Of a DNA stretch of 64,000 bases, positions 43,058 to 55,583 are shown in pieces (the stretch's first letter is position 1; each line of letters begins with the position of its first letter). The position numbers and the translations under genes are program-made. The notes beneath the pieces are model-generated. The model had not been told where the DNA came from, ran no database searches, and was given only the letters and a program-made list of their open reading frames with translations. Where the stretch lies: contig CAVYXA010000001.1 of assembly GCA_963772365.1 (NCBI GenBank), positions 1,504,001 to 1,568,000 of the forward strand, in the 5' to 3' direction. This DNA comes from an uncultured Verrucomicrobiae bacterium (GTDB lineage Bacteria > Verrucomicrobiota > Verrucomicrobiia > Chthoniobacterales > UBA10450).

Positions 43058-43088
43058 GGAATCGCAGCCGGGCGAGAAATACAGGCAC

Positions 43089-43649
43089 ATGAGCAAGGAG
43101 GACATTCTTCTGGAGGCCGAGATGTCGATGGAAAAAAGCGTCGATTATCTGATTCACGAATTTTCCGCCGTTCGCACGGGCAAAGCTTCCCCCGCTCTGG
43201 TCGAGAACATCGACGTGCAAGCCTATGGCTCGACCATGAAACTGAAACAGCTCGCACTGATCACCACGCCGGAATCGCGTTTGCTGGTGGTGCAGCCATT
43301 CGATGCCGGCACGGTTCAGGACATTGAGCGGGCGCTGAAAGAATCGAAGATCGGGATCATGCCGGCGGTCGAAGGAAAAATCATTCGGTTACCCATCCCG
43401 GAATTATCGGAAGAACGTCGCAAGGAGTTGGTGAAATCGCTCGGCAAAATGGCCGAGGAAGCGCGCGTGCGAGTGCGCTCAAATCGACGGGCGGCACTGG
43501 ATGAAGCCAAAAAACTCAAGACCAGCGGAGGATTGACGGAGGATGGGATGCGGGACGTCGAAGACGAAGTGCAGAAACTGACCGATCATTTCGTCAAATC
43601 GATCGACGATCATCTCAAGCACAAAGAAGCCGAGATCCTGAAAGTGTGA
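43089..43649 (+). CDS. frr: Ribosome recycling factor
   Basis: [27 protein letters not shown]. Confidence 0.95.
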   Translation: MSKEDILLEAEMSMEKSVDYLIHEFSAVRTGKASPALVENIDVQAYGSTMKLKQLALITTPESRLLVVQPFDAGTVQDIERALKESKIGIMPAVEGKIIRLPIPELSEERRKELVKSLGKMAEEARVRVRSNRRAALDEAKKLKTSGGLTEDGMRDVEDEVQKLTDHFVKSIDDHLKHKEAEILKV

Positions 43650-43722
43650 TCTTCCTCTTCCGCTTCCTCTACTCTCTCTCGTTTGCTGTAGAGATTAAGA
43701 TTTAGGAAGAAGTAGCGGAAGA

Positions 43723-44538
43723 TTACAACCGGACCAAATCGAGCAGAAACTGGCACCAGAGATAAATCATTCCCCGCCAGGAATATTTCACATCGCCGTC
43801 AGGCGTTTGCTTGAGAACGCCTTTGTCGATGTTGTGCGCGATTTGGTCTCGCAGGTCTCTTTCCATTTCCGCCTGGATCCGCTTTTCATCGAGAACATCA
43901 ATTTCCCCAACCTCGACATCGTTGCGCCGGAGAAATTCACGATGGCTTTGGTAAAGCTGCCAGAACGATTGATCCGGCCGCTGCCGATTGATGCGGAATT
44001 GCGGCGTTAGTTTCAAGCCGTAGGAGAGCGGATAATTCCACGTCGTCCAGATCATGCCGCTTTTAGCGCGCGAGGAGATTCGCAAGTAGTAAAAGGAGAG
44101 ATCATTCTGTTCGTTTAGGCAGATCGTGGCCTGGGCGCGATCCTCCTCCTTGTAGAACAAGCGAAAAAATTGCCGGTAATCTTCCCAGTCCCACCCGGCA
44201 TCGTCCGTGTGGATGAATCCTTCGTTCTCGATCTCGCGAGTGATCTCGTTAAGCGTGGGAAAAGTATCCGATGAGGGCGGGCTTTTAGGCCGAAGTTGTT
44301 TTTCCTTCGGCAAACGCAGCGTCCGAATGCGGGTGAGAATTTCCAGCCAGGGCAGAAACAGCCAGCTCAGTGCGGCGACGATCCCCAAGCCACGCTGCTC
44401 GTGATGAAATAAACGGCGAGATAAGAGGAAACAAGAATACCGAGCGCACCCGCTTTTTGAGAGAACGATGTTTGAAAGCTGCGCAGGGCGACGCTGAGCA
44501 CCGCTACGCCTAAGGTCAGGAAAAGGCCGAAAAGCATT
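43723..44538 (-). CDS. Conserved hypothetical membrane protein; 5' end frameshifted
   Basis: Hydrophobic N-terminus recoverable across frames; W.FLPWLEIL...TWNYP.SYGLK body. Confidence 0.6.
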   Translation of the reverse strand, partial: NAFRPFPDLRRSGAQRRPAQLSNIVLSKSGCARYSCFLLSRRLFHHEQRGLGIVAALSWLFLPWLEILTRIRTLRLPKEKQLRPKSPPSSDTFPTLNEITREIENEGFIHTDDAGWDWEDYRQFFRLFYKEEDRAQATICLNEQNDLSFYYLRISSRAKSGMIWTTWNYPLSYGLKLTPQFRINRQRPDQSFWQLYQSHREFLRRNDVEVGEIDVLDEKRIQAEMERDLRDQIAHNIDKGVLKQTPDGDVKYSWRGMIYLWCQFLLDLVRL

Positions 44539-44782
44539 AGGGATTGATCTCGTGCTCGCGCAAAAATCTCTCGAGCTGATCGGTATCGAAATTGGCCAGG
44601 ACTTTGTCGCCCGCAACAAACGTCGGCACGTAAGTTTGATCGGAAAGCTCCTTCATTTCCTCGTAGGCTTGTCGATCCTGGCCGACATCGATCTCAGTAA
44701 ACCGGTAACCGCGCTCGGTGAGATAATCTTTCGCATCAATGCACCAGGAGCACCATTCACGGCTGTAGAGCTTTAATTCCAT
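44537..44782 (-). CDS. Glutaredoxin/NrdH-like redoxin
   Basis: CSWC active site, QTYVPT. Confidence 0.88.
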   Translation of the reverse strand: MELKLYSREWCSWCIDAKDYLTERGYRFTEIDVGQDRQAYEEMKELSDQTYVPTFVAGDKVLANFDTDQLERFLREHEINP

Positions 44783-44894
44783 AAGCGGCGGAAATAAACA
44801 ACTGCCGCTCGCTACGTCAACAGAAGGAGACTCAAAATATGAAGGTCGAGCGATCTTCGAGCGCGTTAGAAAAATCAATCGCCGCACGCAACAC

Positions 44895-46641
<1,747 letters not shown>

Positions 46642-47523
46642 TTAATATTCTCGTTCGAGGAGATAATTTGCGAGCCCGTGAAGCGCTTCGCCTTTCGGGC
46701 AGAAGATCGACAATGCATTGTGCGCGTTTCGCGTCAGCCGCCTCGCTTCGGCGCGCGATGCGTTCAGACCGATCACAGCAGGATAAGTCGCTTTCTTTGC
46801 TGCAATATCTTTTCCGGCGCTTTTGCCCAGCTTCTCGGACGTCTGGGTCACATCGAGAATGTCGTCGATCACCTGAAAAGCTAGTCCGAGAGCGCGACCG
46901 AATTTCGTGATCGCATTCAGCTGTTTTGAATTCGCGTTTGCGCTCATCGCACCCAATCGCACCGATGTCGTCAAAATCGCAGCAGTTTTGTTTTCATGGA
47001 TGTAACGAAGCTCGGCGCGCCCCGCGTTTTTCCCTTCCGCTTCCAAGTCGGCGACCTGTCCGGCGATGAGCTTCTGACTTCCCGCCGCGATCGCAATTTC
47101 GCGAAGCAAGATCGACATGTCATAACGGCGGGGCGGTCTTGCGCGGGACACGATTTCAAAGGCGATAGTTAGAAGCCCATCACCGGTCAGAACGGCGATG
47201 CCGTCGCCGAAGACTTTGTGGCAAGTGGGGCGACCGCGACGGAAATCGTCGTTGTCCATGCTGGGAAGATCATCGTGAACGAGCGAATACGTGTGAATGC
47301 ATTCCATGGCGCAGGCGAGCGGAAGGGCTTTGTCGATCCTGCCACCACAAGCTTCGGCCGCAGCGAGACAAAGAATCGGGCGGAGCCGTTTTCCGCCCGC
47401 GAACAAGCTGTAACGCATCGCCTTGTGAATCGTCGCCGGTTTGGTAGTTGCCTTGGGCAAGTATTGGTCCAACGCCTGATCGATTAGTTTTTGTCGAGGT
47501 GCGAGATAGGATTTGAGATTCAC
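46642..47523 (-). CDS. ispA: Farnesyl/geranylgeranyl diphosphate synthase
   Basis: GGKRLRP, HDDLPSMDNDD.RRG, FQVIDDILD. Confidence 0.92.
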   Translation of the reverse strand: MNLKSYLAPRQKLIDQALDQYLPKATTKPATIHKAMRYSLFAGGKRLRPILCLAAAEACGGRIDKALPLACAMECIHTYSLVHDDLPSMDNDDFRRGRPTCHKVFGDGIAVLTGDGLLTIAFEIVSRARPPRRYDMSILLREIAIAAGSQKLIAGQVADLEAEGKNAGRAELRYIHENKTAAILTTSVRLGAMSANANSKQLNAITKFGRALGLAFQVIDDILDVTQTSEKLGKSAGKDIAAKKATYPAVIGLNASRAEARRLTRNAHNALSIFCPKGEALHGLANYLLEREY

Positions 47524-47605
47524 AGTCGCGGGCGATTGTAGCGGCGTTCTGGAAGCGTCGCATTATTTTTCCAAGGCTTATGACCTCGGCTGGCGAGCGG
47601 ACTCG

Positions 47606-48571
47606 CTAGATATTCTCTGCTGTCTCGGTGGTGGCCACTGGTTTCGTGCGCATAGCGAGGAACGCACCTATAAGAAGAATTGCCGCGCTCCAAAGCTGCG
47701 CATGAGTCATGCGTTCGCCGTAAATCCAGGCGGAAAGAAGCATGGCACCGACGGGACAAAGAAGTTGGAGGGTTTGCGATAGCGCTACGCCGATTTCGTG
47801 AATGGCCACATAATAAAAAATGTGCGCCAGGGTGATGCAGGTGACGGCGGAAAAGATCAGGATCAAGTTCACGTGAGCGCCAGAGTGAAGCGGAGTGTCG
47901 ATGCGGCCGAACATTGCGGTCAAAGGCAAGAGCAGGGCCGACGTGATGAAGCTGATTAGAGTGAAACTGCGAATTGAGCCGAGTCGGGCGGATGGACGTT
48001 TGACCAATACACCGTAAAGCGCCCAGCAAAGTGTCGCCGTGAAAACAATCAATAATCCCGGTAATGCGATATGTTGATGATCTCTGCTCGCCTGGAACCA
48101 GATCACGCCAAACGAACCAATCAAGCCAAGCAGAGTGCCGATTTGGAATTGCCATTGCCGGATCACGTATCGCTCCTCGGGGAAGAACGCGAGCGCGAGC
48201 AAGGCAGTAAAAATTACCGAGGAGCGGGCGAAGATCGCGTAAACGCCGGGGCCGATGTAAAAAAGCGCCATCACCTGGGTCACTTGATGGATTACATTCG
48301 GCACACAGGGAATAAGGCACAGACCAACCGCGCGGATGTCGATCCTGCCTCGTCCGCGTCGGCCCCAATAAATTGCAAACGGCACAATGGCAATGAAAGC
48401 GACCAGGTATCGATAAAAGTTTTGGGCCCACGGATCGTAATAGCGATTCAAGAAATACATGAAGAGCGAAGGCGTGGACCAAATCACGACCGTGGTGAAG
48501 AGGGCGGCGTACCCTTTGGAGAGATTCCGCCTGCCAGGATCGACAGTTCCAGGCGGACGTGATTGAAGCAT
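47606..48571 (-). CDS. DMT/EamA family transporter
   Basis: About ten TM helices in two EamA repeats (GER.T...W). Confidence 0.85.
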   Translation of the reverse strand: MLQSRPPGTVDPGRRNLSKGYAALFTTVVIWSTPSLFMYFLNRYYDPWAQNFYRYLVAFIAIVPFAIYWGRRGRGRIDIRAVGLCLIPCVPNVIHQVTQVMALFYIGPGVYAIFARSSVIFTALLALAFFPEERYVIRQWQFQIGTLLGLIGSFGVIWFQASRDHQHIALPGLLIVFTATLCWALYGVLVKRPSARLGSIRSFTLISFITSALLLPLTAMFGRIDTPLHSGAHVNLILIFSAVTCITLAHIFYYVAIHEIGVALSQTLQLLCPVGAMLLSAWIYGERMTHAQLWSAAILLIGAFLAMRTKPVATTETAENI

Positions 48572-48647
48572 GGATAAATTTGCCGGTTTAATTTGCTGGC
48601 CTACAGACAATTCATCCTCAAAATAAGCGCTAAAGGAGAACACAAAT

Positions 48648-49556
48648 ATGAGTACAACTCGGATTAAGGCATTTTTGATCCTCGCTGGACTATTGAGCAT
48701 TGCCAACTTCGGGACAGCCAAGGAGGGCGGCGCAGGAATTAGCGATTACGAGGAAGGAAACAAATTGTTCGATGGCAAACAATACGATATGGCGGCTGCC
48801 GCATTTACTAAAGCCATCCGGGCAAATCCGAAACAACCGATTTACTACGAAAATAGGGGCTTCACTTATCTGGCCATGAATAAACCAGTGGAAGCAGCCG
48901 ACGATTTCACGAGGGCCGTCGAGCTGGCACCGAAGGACGAAAAGGGATACATCGGCCGCGCGCAGGCTTACTTGCAACAACGACTGTACGATCAGGCCCT
49001 GGCGGATTCCGAACAGGTGATTCAGCTCAAGCCTGAAGAGACGGAAGGCTACAAATTACGCGGGTTCGCAGAACTGGGCCTCAGCCAGTGGGACAAGGCT
49101 CTGGCAGATTTTAACAAGGCCATCGAGAAAAATCCCAACGATTTGGAAAGTTATGATCGCCGCGCTTTCGCGTATCGCGGCCTGAAGAACTACGATGCAG
49201 CGATTGCCGATTACACCTTGATCCTGGGGAAGAATCCAAACGATGCCGAAACTCTGACCAAGCGCGGATACACCTACAGCCTGAAGCAGGACTACCAAAA
49301 GGCGATCGATGATTATCAAGCGGCGCTCAAGCTGAAGCCGAGCGACTATGACACGGAGCAGCGCCTCCAGTATGCGAAATCGATGCTGGCCGCCAAAAAC
49401 GCGCCGCCCCCGACGCCAACGCCAACTCCTGCCGGGCCGGGCTTGATCACACCGCTGAACATCGGCATTGCGATCGCGGTAATCATCGTCATTGCTGTGA
49501 TTGTACGCTTGGCAACGCGGGGGAAACCCGAGACCACGAGCGGGCGAATCCGCTAA
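48648..49556 (+). CDS. Exported TPR protein with Pro/Thr linker and C-terminal membrane anchor
   Basis: Signal peptide; TPRs (YENRG, AIADY); PPPTPTPTP then TM helix and basic tail. Confidence 0.85.
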   Translation: MSTTRIKAFLILAGLLSIANFGTAKEGGAGISDYEEGNKLFDGKQYDMAAAAFTKAIRANPKQPIYYENRGFTYLAMNKPVEAADDFTRAVELAPKDEKGYIGRAQAYLQQRLYDQALADSEQVIQLKPEETEGYKLRGFAELGLSQWDKALADFNKAIEKNPNDLESYDRRAFAYRGLKNYDAAIADYTLILGKNPNDAETLTKRGYTYSLKQDYQKAIDDYQAALKLKPSDYDTEQRLQYAKSMLAAKNAPPPTPTPTPAGPGLITPLNIGIAIAVIIVIAVIVRLATRGKPETTSGRIR

Positions 49557-49644
49557 GCTATTGTCCAGGCACCTTTGGTCTTCAGCCGGAACGGAGAGTA
49601 ATGATTACCCGCTCCGTGACCGACTAGCGATGGGCCTTTGATGA

Positions 49645-50370
49645 ATGAGAGGCAGACTGTGTTATTTGATTTGCGGTACTCATCGGAGCGGGAGCAATCT
49701 ACTTTGCGAAGCTCTCACCAGCACCCGTCTAGCCGGACATCCGGGAGAGTTCTTCGTGGAGCGCTTGATCCCGGCATACGCCAAGCGATGGAAGGTGGCA
49801 TGGACCGGTGATTTCCTTGCGTATGTTCGCGGGCTTATCGCAAAGACAGCGACGGAGAACGGTGTTTTCGGCGCAAAAGTAATGTGGATGCACCTTGGAA
49901 CCGTTCTGGACCACATAAAACGCGGCTTCATCTCTTTGCCGTCGGAACCCGCCCCGGCGGAACTGCTGAACTTACTCTTTCCAAGTTTGCAATACGTCTG
50001 GATTACCCGTGAAGATAAACTGGAACAAGCGATTTCTCTTTGGCGGGCGAAGCAGACCATGCAGTGGACCGCGTTCGAAGTACCGCAACGGGTGCCGCAA
50101 TACGATTATTGCGGAATCAAAACCTGTCGCGATCTGCTTGTTCAAGACGACGACGCATGGTCCTCATTTTTCGCGAAAAATCATCTGGAATATCATATCG
50201 TTAGATACAGCGAGTTGGCTGCAGATTATGCAAGCACGACGCTCAAGCTGCTTGAGGCCCTGAATATTGATGTGCCGGCAGAGTGGAGGTTCCGCCAGCT
50301 GCGGCTGCATAAACAGGCTGACGTGATTACTCAACAATGGAAGCATCAATTCTTAGCGGAAGATAGCTGA
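49645..50370 (+). CDS. Stf0-family sulfotransferase
   Basis: T.RSGS.LLC, NGVFG.K, RED..EQAIS..RA, KQAD. Confidence 0.88.
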   Translation: MRGRLCYLICGTHRSGSNLLCEALTSTRLAGHPGEFFVERLIPAYAKRWKVAWTGDFLAYVRGLIAKTATENGVFGAKVMWMHLGTVLDHIKRGFISLPSEPAPAELLNLLFPSLQYVWITREDKLEQAISLWRAKQTMQWTAFEVPQRVPQYDYCGIKTCRDLLVQDDDAWSSFFAKNHLEYHIVRYSELAADYASTTLKLLEALNIDVPAEWRFRQLRLHKQADVITQQWKHQFLAEDS

Positions 50371-50679
50371 TCCGATTTCCAAATCCGGGGGATAGGTTGG
50401 CGCAAAGCCGCTTCCGTACTGGCGTTCTGAACCAGAACAATCGCTCGAAGCATGCACGAGCGCCTCCAAGAAATTTCTTTGACAGCCACAAGGGCGCTGT
50501 TAGCTTGCGGACGCTTTTTGCTGGAACGAGCGGTCCCATGGTCGTTGACGCGGCTCTGGGACTTTTGACTCTTTGGCGAAGAGCAAAACCGGTCCGCCAC
50601 CGGATCAACCATCCGATGGCGAATTCGTTGCCCGACTCCGTTGCGCAATGTAGCGAGGGATCGACGATGACGAAGAGCG

Positions 50680-50755
<76 letters not shown>

Positions 50756-50814
50756 GTTTGAGCTCGCGGCCGGGACAGAGTAAGAAAAGCAGTTAACAAA
50801 ATAGAAAGATCGAC

Positions 50815-51999
50815 ATGGCTAAAGAAGCATTTAAACGCGACAAGCCGCACGTGAACGTCGGCACGATCGGGCACGTGGACCATGGCAAAACTACTCTCAC
50901 GGCCGCAATCACCAGCGTGCTCTCAAAAAAGGGCATGGCGGAAGTGCGCGCCTATGATTCCATCGACAACGCGCCCGAAGAAAAAGAGCGCGGAATCACG
51001 ATTAATACGGCCCACGTGGAATATCAAAGCGACAAGCGCCATTACGCGCACGTCGATTGTCCCGGTCACGCCGATTACGTGAAGAACATGATCACGGGCG
51101 CAGCCCAAATGGATGGCGCGATTCTGGTCGTTAGCGCGGCCGATGGCCCGATGCCGCAGACTCGTGAGCATATCCTGCTCGCGCGCCAGGTCGGTGTGCC
51201 ATCGATCGTCGTGTTCCTGAACAAGGTAGACATGGTCGATGACAAGGAACTTCTCGATTTGGTCGAGATGGAAGTCCGCGATCTGCTCACCCAATACGAA
51301 TTTCCAGGAGACAAAATCCCGATAGTCAAAGGCAGCGCGCTCAAGGCGCTGGAAGGCGACGCCGAGGCGGAGAAAGCCGTGCTCGAGCTCGTCAAAGCAA
51401 TCGACGATTACATTCCCGTGCCAGAGCGGCCGATCGATCAGCCCTTCTTGATGCCGATCGAAGACGTGTTCAACATTGAAGGCCGCGGCACCGTCGCCAC
51501 TGGTCGTGTCGAGCGCGGTATTCTCAAGAAAATGGAGGAAGTCGAGCTGGTCGGTATTCGGCCCACTGCCAAGACAGTAGCGACCGACATCGAAATGTTC
51601 CGAAAACTTCTCGATGAAGCACGCGCCGGCGATAACGTGGGCATTCTGTTGCGCGGTTTGAAGAAGGAAGAGGTGGAGCGCGGGCAGGTCATCGCCAAGC
51701 CCGGGTCCATCACGCCGCACAAGAAATTCAAGGCCGAAGTGTACGTCCTGACCAAGGAAGAAGGTGGGCGTCACACTCCATTCTTCACCAATTATCGCCC
51801 GCAGTTTTACTTCCGGACTACTGACGTTACCGGCACGGTTAAACTTCCCGATGGCGTGGAAATGGTGATGCCTGGAGATAACATCTCCATCGAAGTCGAG
51901 TTGATTACCCCGATCGCGCTGGAAAAGACGATCCGGTTCGCTATCCGAGAAGGCGGTAAAACCGTCGGCGCGGGTCGCGTGAGCGATATTTTGGATTAA
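50815..51999 (+). CDS. tuf: Elongation factor Tu
   Basis: [26 protein letters not shown]. Confidence 0.99.
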   Translation: MAKEAFKRDKPHVNVGTIGHVDHGKTTLTAAITSVLSKKGMAEVRAYDSIDNAPEEKERGITINTAHVEYQSDKRHYAHVDCPGHADYVKNMITGAAQMDGAILVVSAADGPMPQTREHILLARQVGVPSIVVFLNKVDMVDDKELLDLVEMEVRDLLTQYEFPGDKIPIVKGSALKALEGDAEAEKAVLELVKAIDDYIPVPERPIDQPFLMPIEDVFNIEGRGTVATGRVERGILKKMEEVELVGIRPTAKTVATDIEMFRKLLDEARAGDNVGILLRGLKKEEVERGQVIAKPGSITPHKKFKAEVYVLTKEEGGRHTPFFTNYRPQFYFRTTDVTGTVKLPDGVEMVMPGDNISIEVELITPIALEKTIRFAIREGGKTVGAGRVSDILD

Positions 52000-52027
52000 A
52001 ATAGAAGCGCCGATGCTGGTTGCTGTT

Positions 52028-52075
52028 GTAGGGCAGGCGCACCGCCTGCCTCGGCAACCGGAGCGGTTGCCCTAC
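52028..52075. repeat. GTAG-type REP-like palindrome pair
   Basis: GTAGGGCAGGCGCACCGCCTGCC and GGCAACCGGAGCGGTTGCCCTAC. Confidence 0.65.
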
Positions 52076-52083
52076 GAAAACTT

Positions 52084-52156
52084 ACGCCAGTAGCTCAATT
52101 GGTAGAGTAGCGGTCTCCAAAACCGTCGGTTGGGGGTTCGAGTCCCTCCTGGCGTG
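52084..52156 (+). tRNA. tRNA-Trp(CCA)
   Basis: ACGCCAG...CTGGCGT acceptor stem; anticodon loop CT-CCA-AA; no encoded 3' CCA. Confidence 0.95.
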
Positions 52157-52256
52157 TTTTGAAGGAGGAAGGATAAATTATGAAGAATGAAATGGCTGGG
52201 AAATTCAACGCCGTTATCTCTTCAAACCTGATTCTTCGCCCCTCATCGTCTTAAGC

Positions 52257-52475
52257 ATGATCACAAAAACGAAAAACTTCTTTAATGAAGTAAAAGTCGA
52301 GCTCCAGAAGGCCTCCTGGCCGTGGGATCCAAAGGAGAAAGGATTCCGCCGCTACAAGGAGCTTACTGACTCGACTCTGGTCGTGATCATCGCCATGTTG
52401 CTGCTCGGTGGTTACGTCGCGCTTTTCGATTTCGTTCTTGTGAATGTGGTCCATTTCTTCACCCGGTTGCACTGA
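52257..52475 (+). CDS. secE: Preprotein translocase SecE
   Basis: EV..EL.K..WP motif plus one TM helix; position before nusG. Confidence 0.92.
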   Translation: MITKTKNFFNEVKVELQKASWPWDPKEKGFRRYKELTDSTLVVIIAMLLLGGYVALFDFVLVNVVHFFTRLH

Positions 52476-52478
52476 TTT

Positions 52479-53048
52479 ATGGCCCAGACGCTCGCAGGCA
52501 AAGATCAATGGTACGTAGTGCACGTGCTCTCCGGCCAGGAGAACAAGGTCAAGGAGAACATCGACAAAAGGGTCAAGACGGAAGAGATGAGCGATCTCGT
52601 TTACGAAGTGCTCGTCCCGACGGAACGAGTCTCCGAAATCAAGAAGGGCAAAAAAAGCGAGACCACACGAAAGTTTTTCCCGGGCTACCTGATCGTGAAC
52701 ATGCATTTGCTCGACGAGAATAATCAGCTCGTCGGGCGCACCTGGTACTTCATTCGGGAAACTCCCGGCGTGATCGGCTTTGCGGGAACCAAGGACAAAC
52801 CGATTCCAATGCGCCAATCGGAAGTCGAAAGCATGCTCGCGCAGATGAAGGAGCGCGAAGAAAAAGTAAAACCGAAGGTCAGTTTCGAAGTTGGCGAAAG
52901 TGTGAAAGTCGCCGACGGGCCCTTCCAAAACCAGACTGGCATCGTTGAAGAAATCGACCCCGAACGCGGCAAGTTGCGCGTCTCCGTCACGATTTTCGGT
53001 CGGGCCACACCGGTGGAATTGGAATACTGGCAGGTCGAGCGCGGCTAA
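52479..53048 (+). CDS. nusG: Transcription factor NusG
   Basis: WYVVH..SG.E, FPGY, KOW motif DGPF, IFGR.TPVEL. Confidence 0.97.
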   Translation: MAQTLAGKDQWYVVHVLSGQENKVKENIDKRVKTEEMSDLVYEVLVPTERVSEIKKGKKSETTRKFFPGYLIVNMHLLDENNQLVGRTWYFIRETPGVIGFAGTKDKPIPMRQSEVESMLAQMKEREEKVKPKVSFEVGESVKVADGPFQNQTGIVEEIDPERGKLRVSVTIFGRATPVELEYWQVERG

Positions 53049-53085
53049 TCTTCGCTTCAACGTTTAACGCTTAAACGAATCACCA

Positions 53086-53511
53086 ATGGCAAAAGAAATT
53101 GTAGCTCACATCAAGTTGCAGATTCCCGCCGGTCAGGCGAATCCCGCGCCGCCCGTCGGTACTGCGCTCGGACCGCGCGGTGTCAACATCATGGCTTTCT
53201 GCAAGGAATTTAATGCTGCTACGCAGAAGCAAGCCGGCGATATTTTGCCGGTCGTGATCACTGTCTTCAAAGACAAGTCATTTACATTTATTACCAAGAG
53301 CCCGCCTGCGGCGGTGCTGTTGAAGAAGGCAGCTAATATCGCCGCGGGCTCAAAAGAGCCCAACAAAACTAAAGTCGGCAAAGTCACGCGCAAACAAGTG
53401 ATGGACATCGTCAACACGAAGCGCAAGGATCTCAACGCCGGTAATGACGAAGCTGCTTTTCGGATCATCGCCGGCACCGCCCGCCAAATGGGGCTGGAAA
53501 TCGCCGATTAG
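53086..53511 (+). CDS. rplK: 50S ribosomal protein uL11
   Basis: [27 protein letters not shown]. Confidence 0.97.
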   Translation: MAKEIVAHIKLQIPAGQANPAPPVGTALGPRGVNIMAFCKEFNAATQKQAGDILPVVITVFKDKSFTFITKSPPAAVLLKKAANIAAGSKEPNKTKVGKVTRKQVMDIVNTKRKDLNAGNDEAAFRIIAGTARQMGLEIAD

Positions 53512-53539
53512 CTCCAACTCGAGGCGGGCGAGTCCTTGA

Positions 53540-55557
53540 ATGCTTCGTTCTCCTAAAGGGGAGCTTATCAGTGCAGCAGCGGTATTTTTCGTCGCGCTGT
53601 TTATTTATGTCGCGACACTGGCGCCAACGGTAACACTCGTAGATAGCGGCGAGCTTATCCTCGCCGCGCGGACACTGGGAGTCGCCCACCCGCCCGGGTT
53701 CCCATTGTATTTGATGCTGGCGCATCTCGCGTCGCTCCTTCCGATCGGCAATGTCGCGGTGCGAGTGAACTTTGCCTCCGCGTTTTTTGCCGCGCTCGCT
53801 TGCGCGATGATCGCGCTAGTTGTGGCCGAGATTTTGATAACGGCAGCGTACGCGCACGAATCCAAAGGAAAGCCTTCGAAGCGGGACCGAAAGAGAAAGA
53901 AAATGCCGCATTCTTCGGTCGCTTCCACAGATACCTCAGGGATCTGGAGGAGAACGATTGCGCCTTCCCTCGGTGCTGGTTTGCTCCTGGCCTTCTCGCG
54001 CACGCTCTGGGCTTACGCGACGATTGCGGAGGTTTATACACTCAATGCATTCCTGATCCTTACAATCTTCCTTCTGATGCTGCGGTGGCGCCGCTGTATC
54101 GTCGAAGATGGAGGATCGACAATAGGCCGGCACATCAACGCCAAGCACGATTTCCTTCTCTATACCGCGGCTGGAATCTTCGGTCTGGCGCTCGGCGTCC
54201 ATCACGTCACCGTCGCTCTGATGCTGCCGGCTCTGGCGGTTCTCGTTTATCGCACTCAGGGGCTAAAGTTTTTTTTGAGCAAACGGTTGGTTTACGCAGC
54301 ACTGATTTCTTTTGCTGCATTGATTTGTGTTTACGCTTATCTGCCGCTAGTCGCATCGGCTTCGCCCCTGTTCAATTGGGGCGACCCCAGATCATTACGA
54401 GCGATCTGGTGGCACATCACTGGTAGACAATATCAAGTGTTCTTTTCGTTCGCGCCTCAATTCGCTGCCGAAGAGCTGCGGAAATTTTTCGCTCTTCTTC
54501 TAAACGAATACGGATTTTGGTGGCTCCCGCTTGCGTTGATCCTGGCCGTGATCGGATATATCTCGGCACTTCGACGCGACCGCACAGCTTTTTGGTTCCT
54601 GGGCCTCATCTTTCTGTGCGATCTGGCTTATGGACTTGGATACAATATCGCCGAGGACAAAGACGCCTATTATTTACCAGCATTCATCTCGATCACGATC
54701 GCAGTTGGATTTGGCCTACGCGAATTCCTTCAGCGCATTCCGATAAAGATTCGTCGAGTCGGGACGCTCTTAGCGCTTTTGATTCCGCTGATCGCGCTGG
54801 CTGGTAATTGGGCTTTCAATAATCGCAGCCATTACTTCATCGCCCACGATTATGTCGAAAACATCCAAAGCACGATCAAGCCAAATGGCCTGCTGCTTAC
54901 AATGGATTGGCAGGTTGCGTCGCCATGCTTTACACCCGCGAGATCGAACATCGTCGCCGCGATATCCGAGCCATCGACGTTCTACTGTTGCGGCGCTCCT
55001 GGTATTTCGAGTATCTGCGGCGCGCCTATCCGGATTTGATCGAGCGGTCGCGCAATGAGGTCGATGCATATCTCGCCAATCTCAAGCAATGGGAACAAAA
55101 TCCAGAAGCCTACAGAAGAAGCCCGGCATTAACGCGGCAAATAAACGATTCCTTCCAGAACATGCTTCACTCATTTGTGAGCAGGGAACTGGCCGTCGCG
55201 CGTGTTTACGTCACGGCCGACCTGATTTTTATGAGAGAAGGCGAGAACAGCGAGTTCGTCGATTGGTTCGGTCGAAATTTTCAGGCGATTCCACGCGGGC
55301 TGGTCTTTCAAATGACTCAGGAGCCGGGTTTTCACGATCCGGGTGAGTTCCATCTGCAAACGCGTGGTCTTGTCGATGGTACAATTCAATTTGCTAAGGA
55401 CGACGTAGTGAGAATCAAGATCCTGCCAACCTACCGGATCATGCTCCAGAGCCGCGGTCAGTATCTGGCACATTTCCACCAAGAAAAGCGCGCAGCTACG
55501 GCATTCTTTGAAGCCAGTCGATTCGACCCGAGCTCCGATCTATTTCACGATAACTGA
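53540..55557 (+). CDS. DUF2723 (TMEM260-like) membrane glycosyltransferase; frameshift near 54920
   Basis: TLAPTV...DSGE...LGVAHPPGFPLY, AEVY, WGDP; continues in ORF 54907-55557. Confidence 0.85.
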
Positions 55558-55583
55558 ACACTCCCGGGGATGAGGCGGATTGC

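Noticed and set aside
42336..43649. 437-aa PyrH-RRF fusion
   Set aside because: One added base near 43047 restores a normal PyrH end (KVGTxVV*), and frr has its own ATG at 43089. The region is indel-rich, so this is probably an artefact.
52180..52254. 24-aa ORF with AGGAGG before secE, where rpmG often lies
   Set aside because: No similarity to bL33; it resembles the purine/pyrimidine-tract intergenic sequence also seen near 39970.
50923..53060. Long antisense ORFs over tuf and secE/nusG (similar ones over rpoN, greA, pyrH)
   Set aside because: Shadow ORFs caused by codon bias in GC-rich genes; no recognisable motifs.
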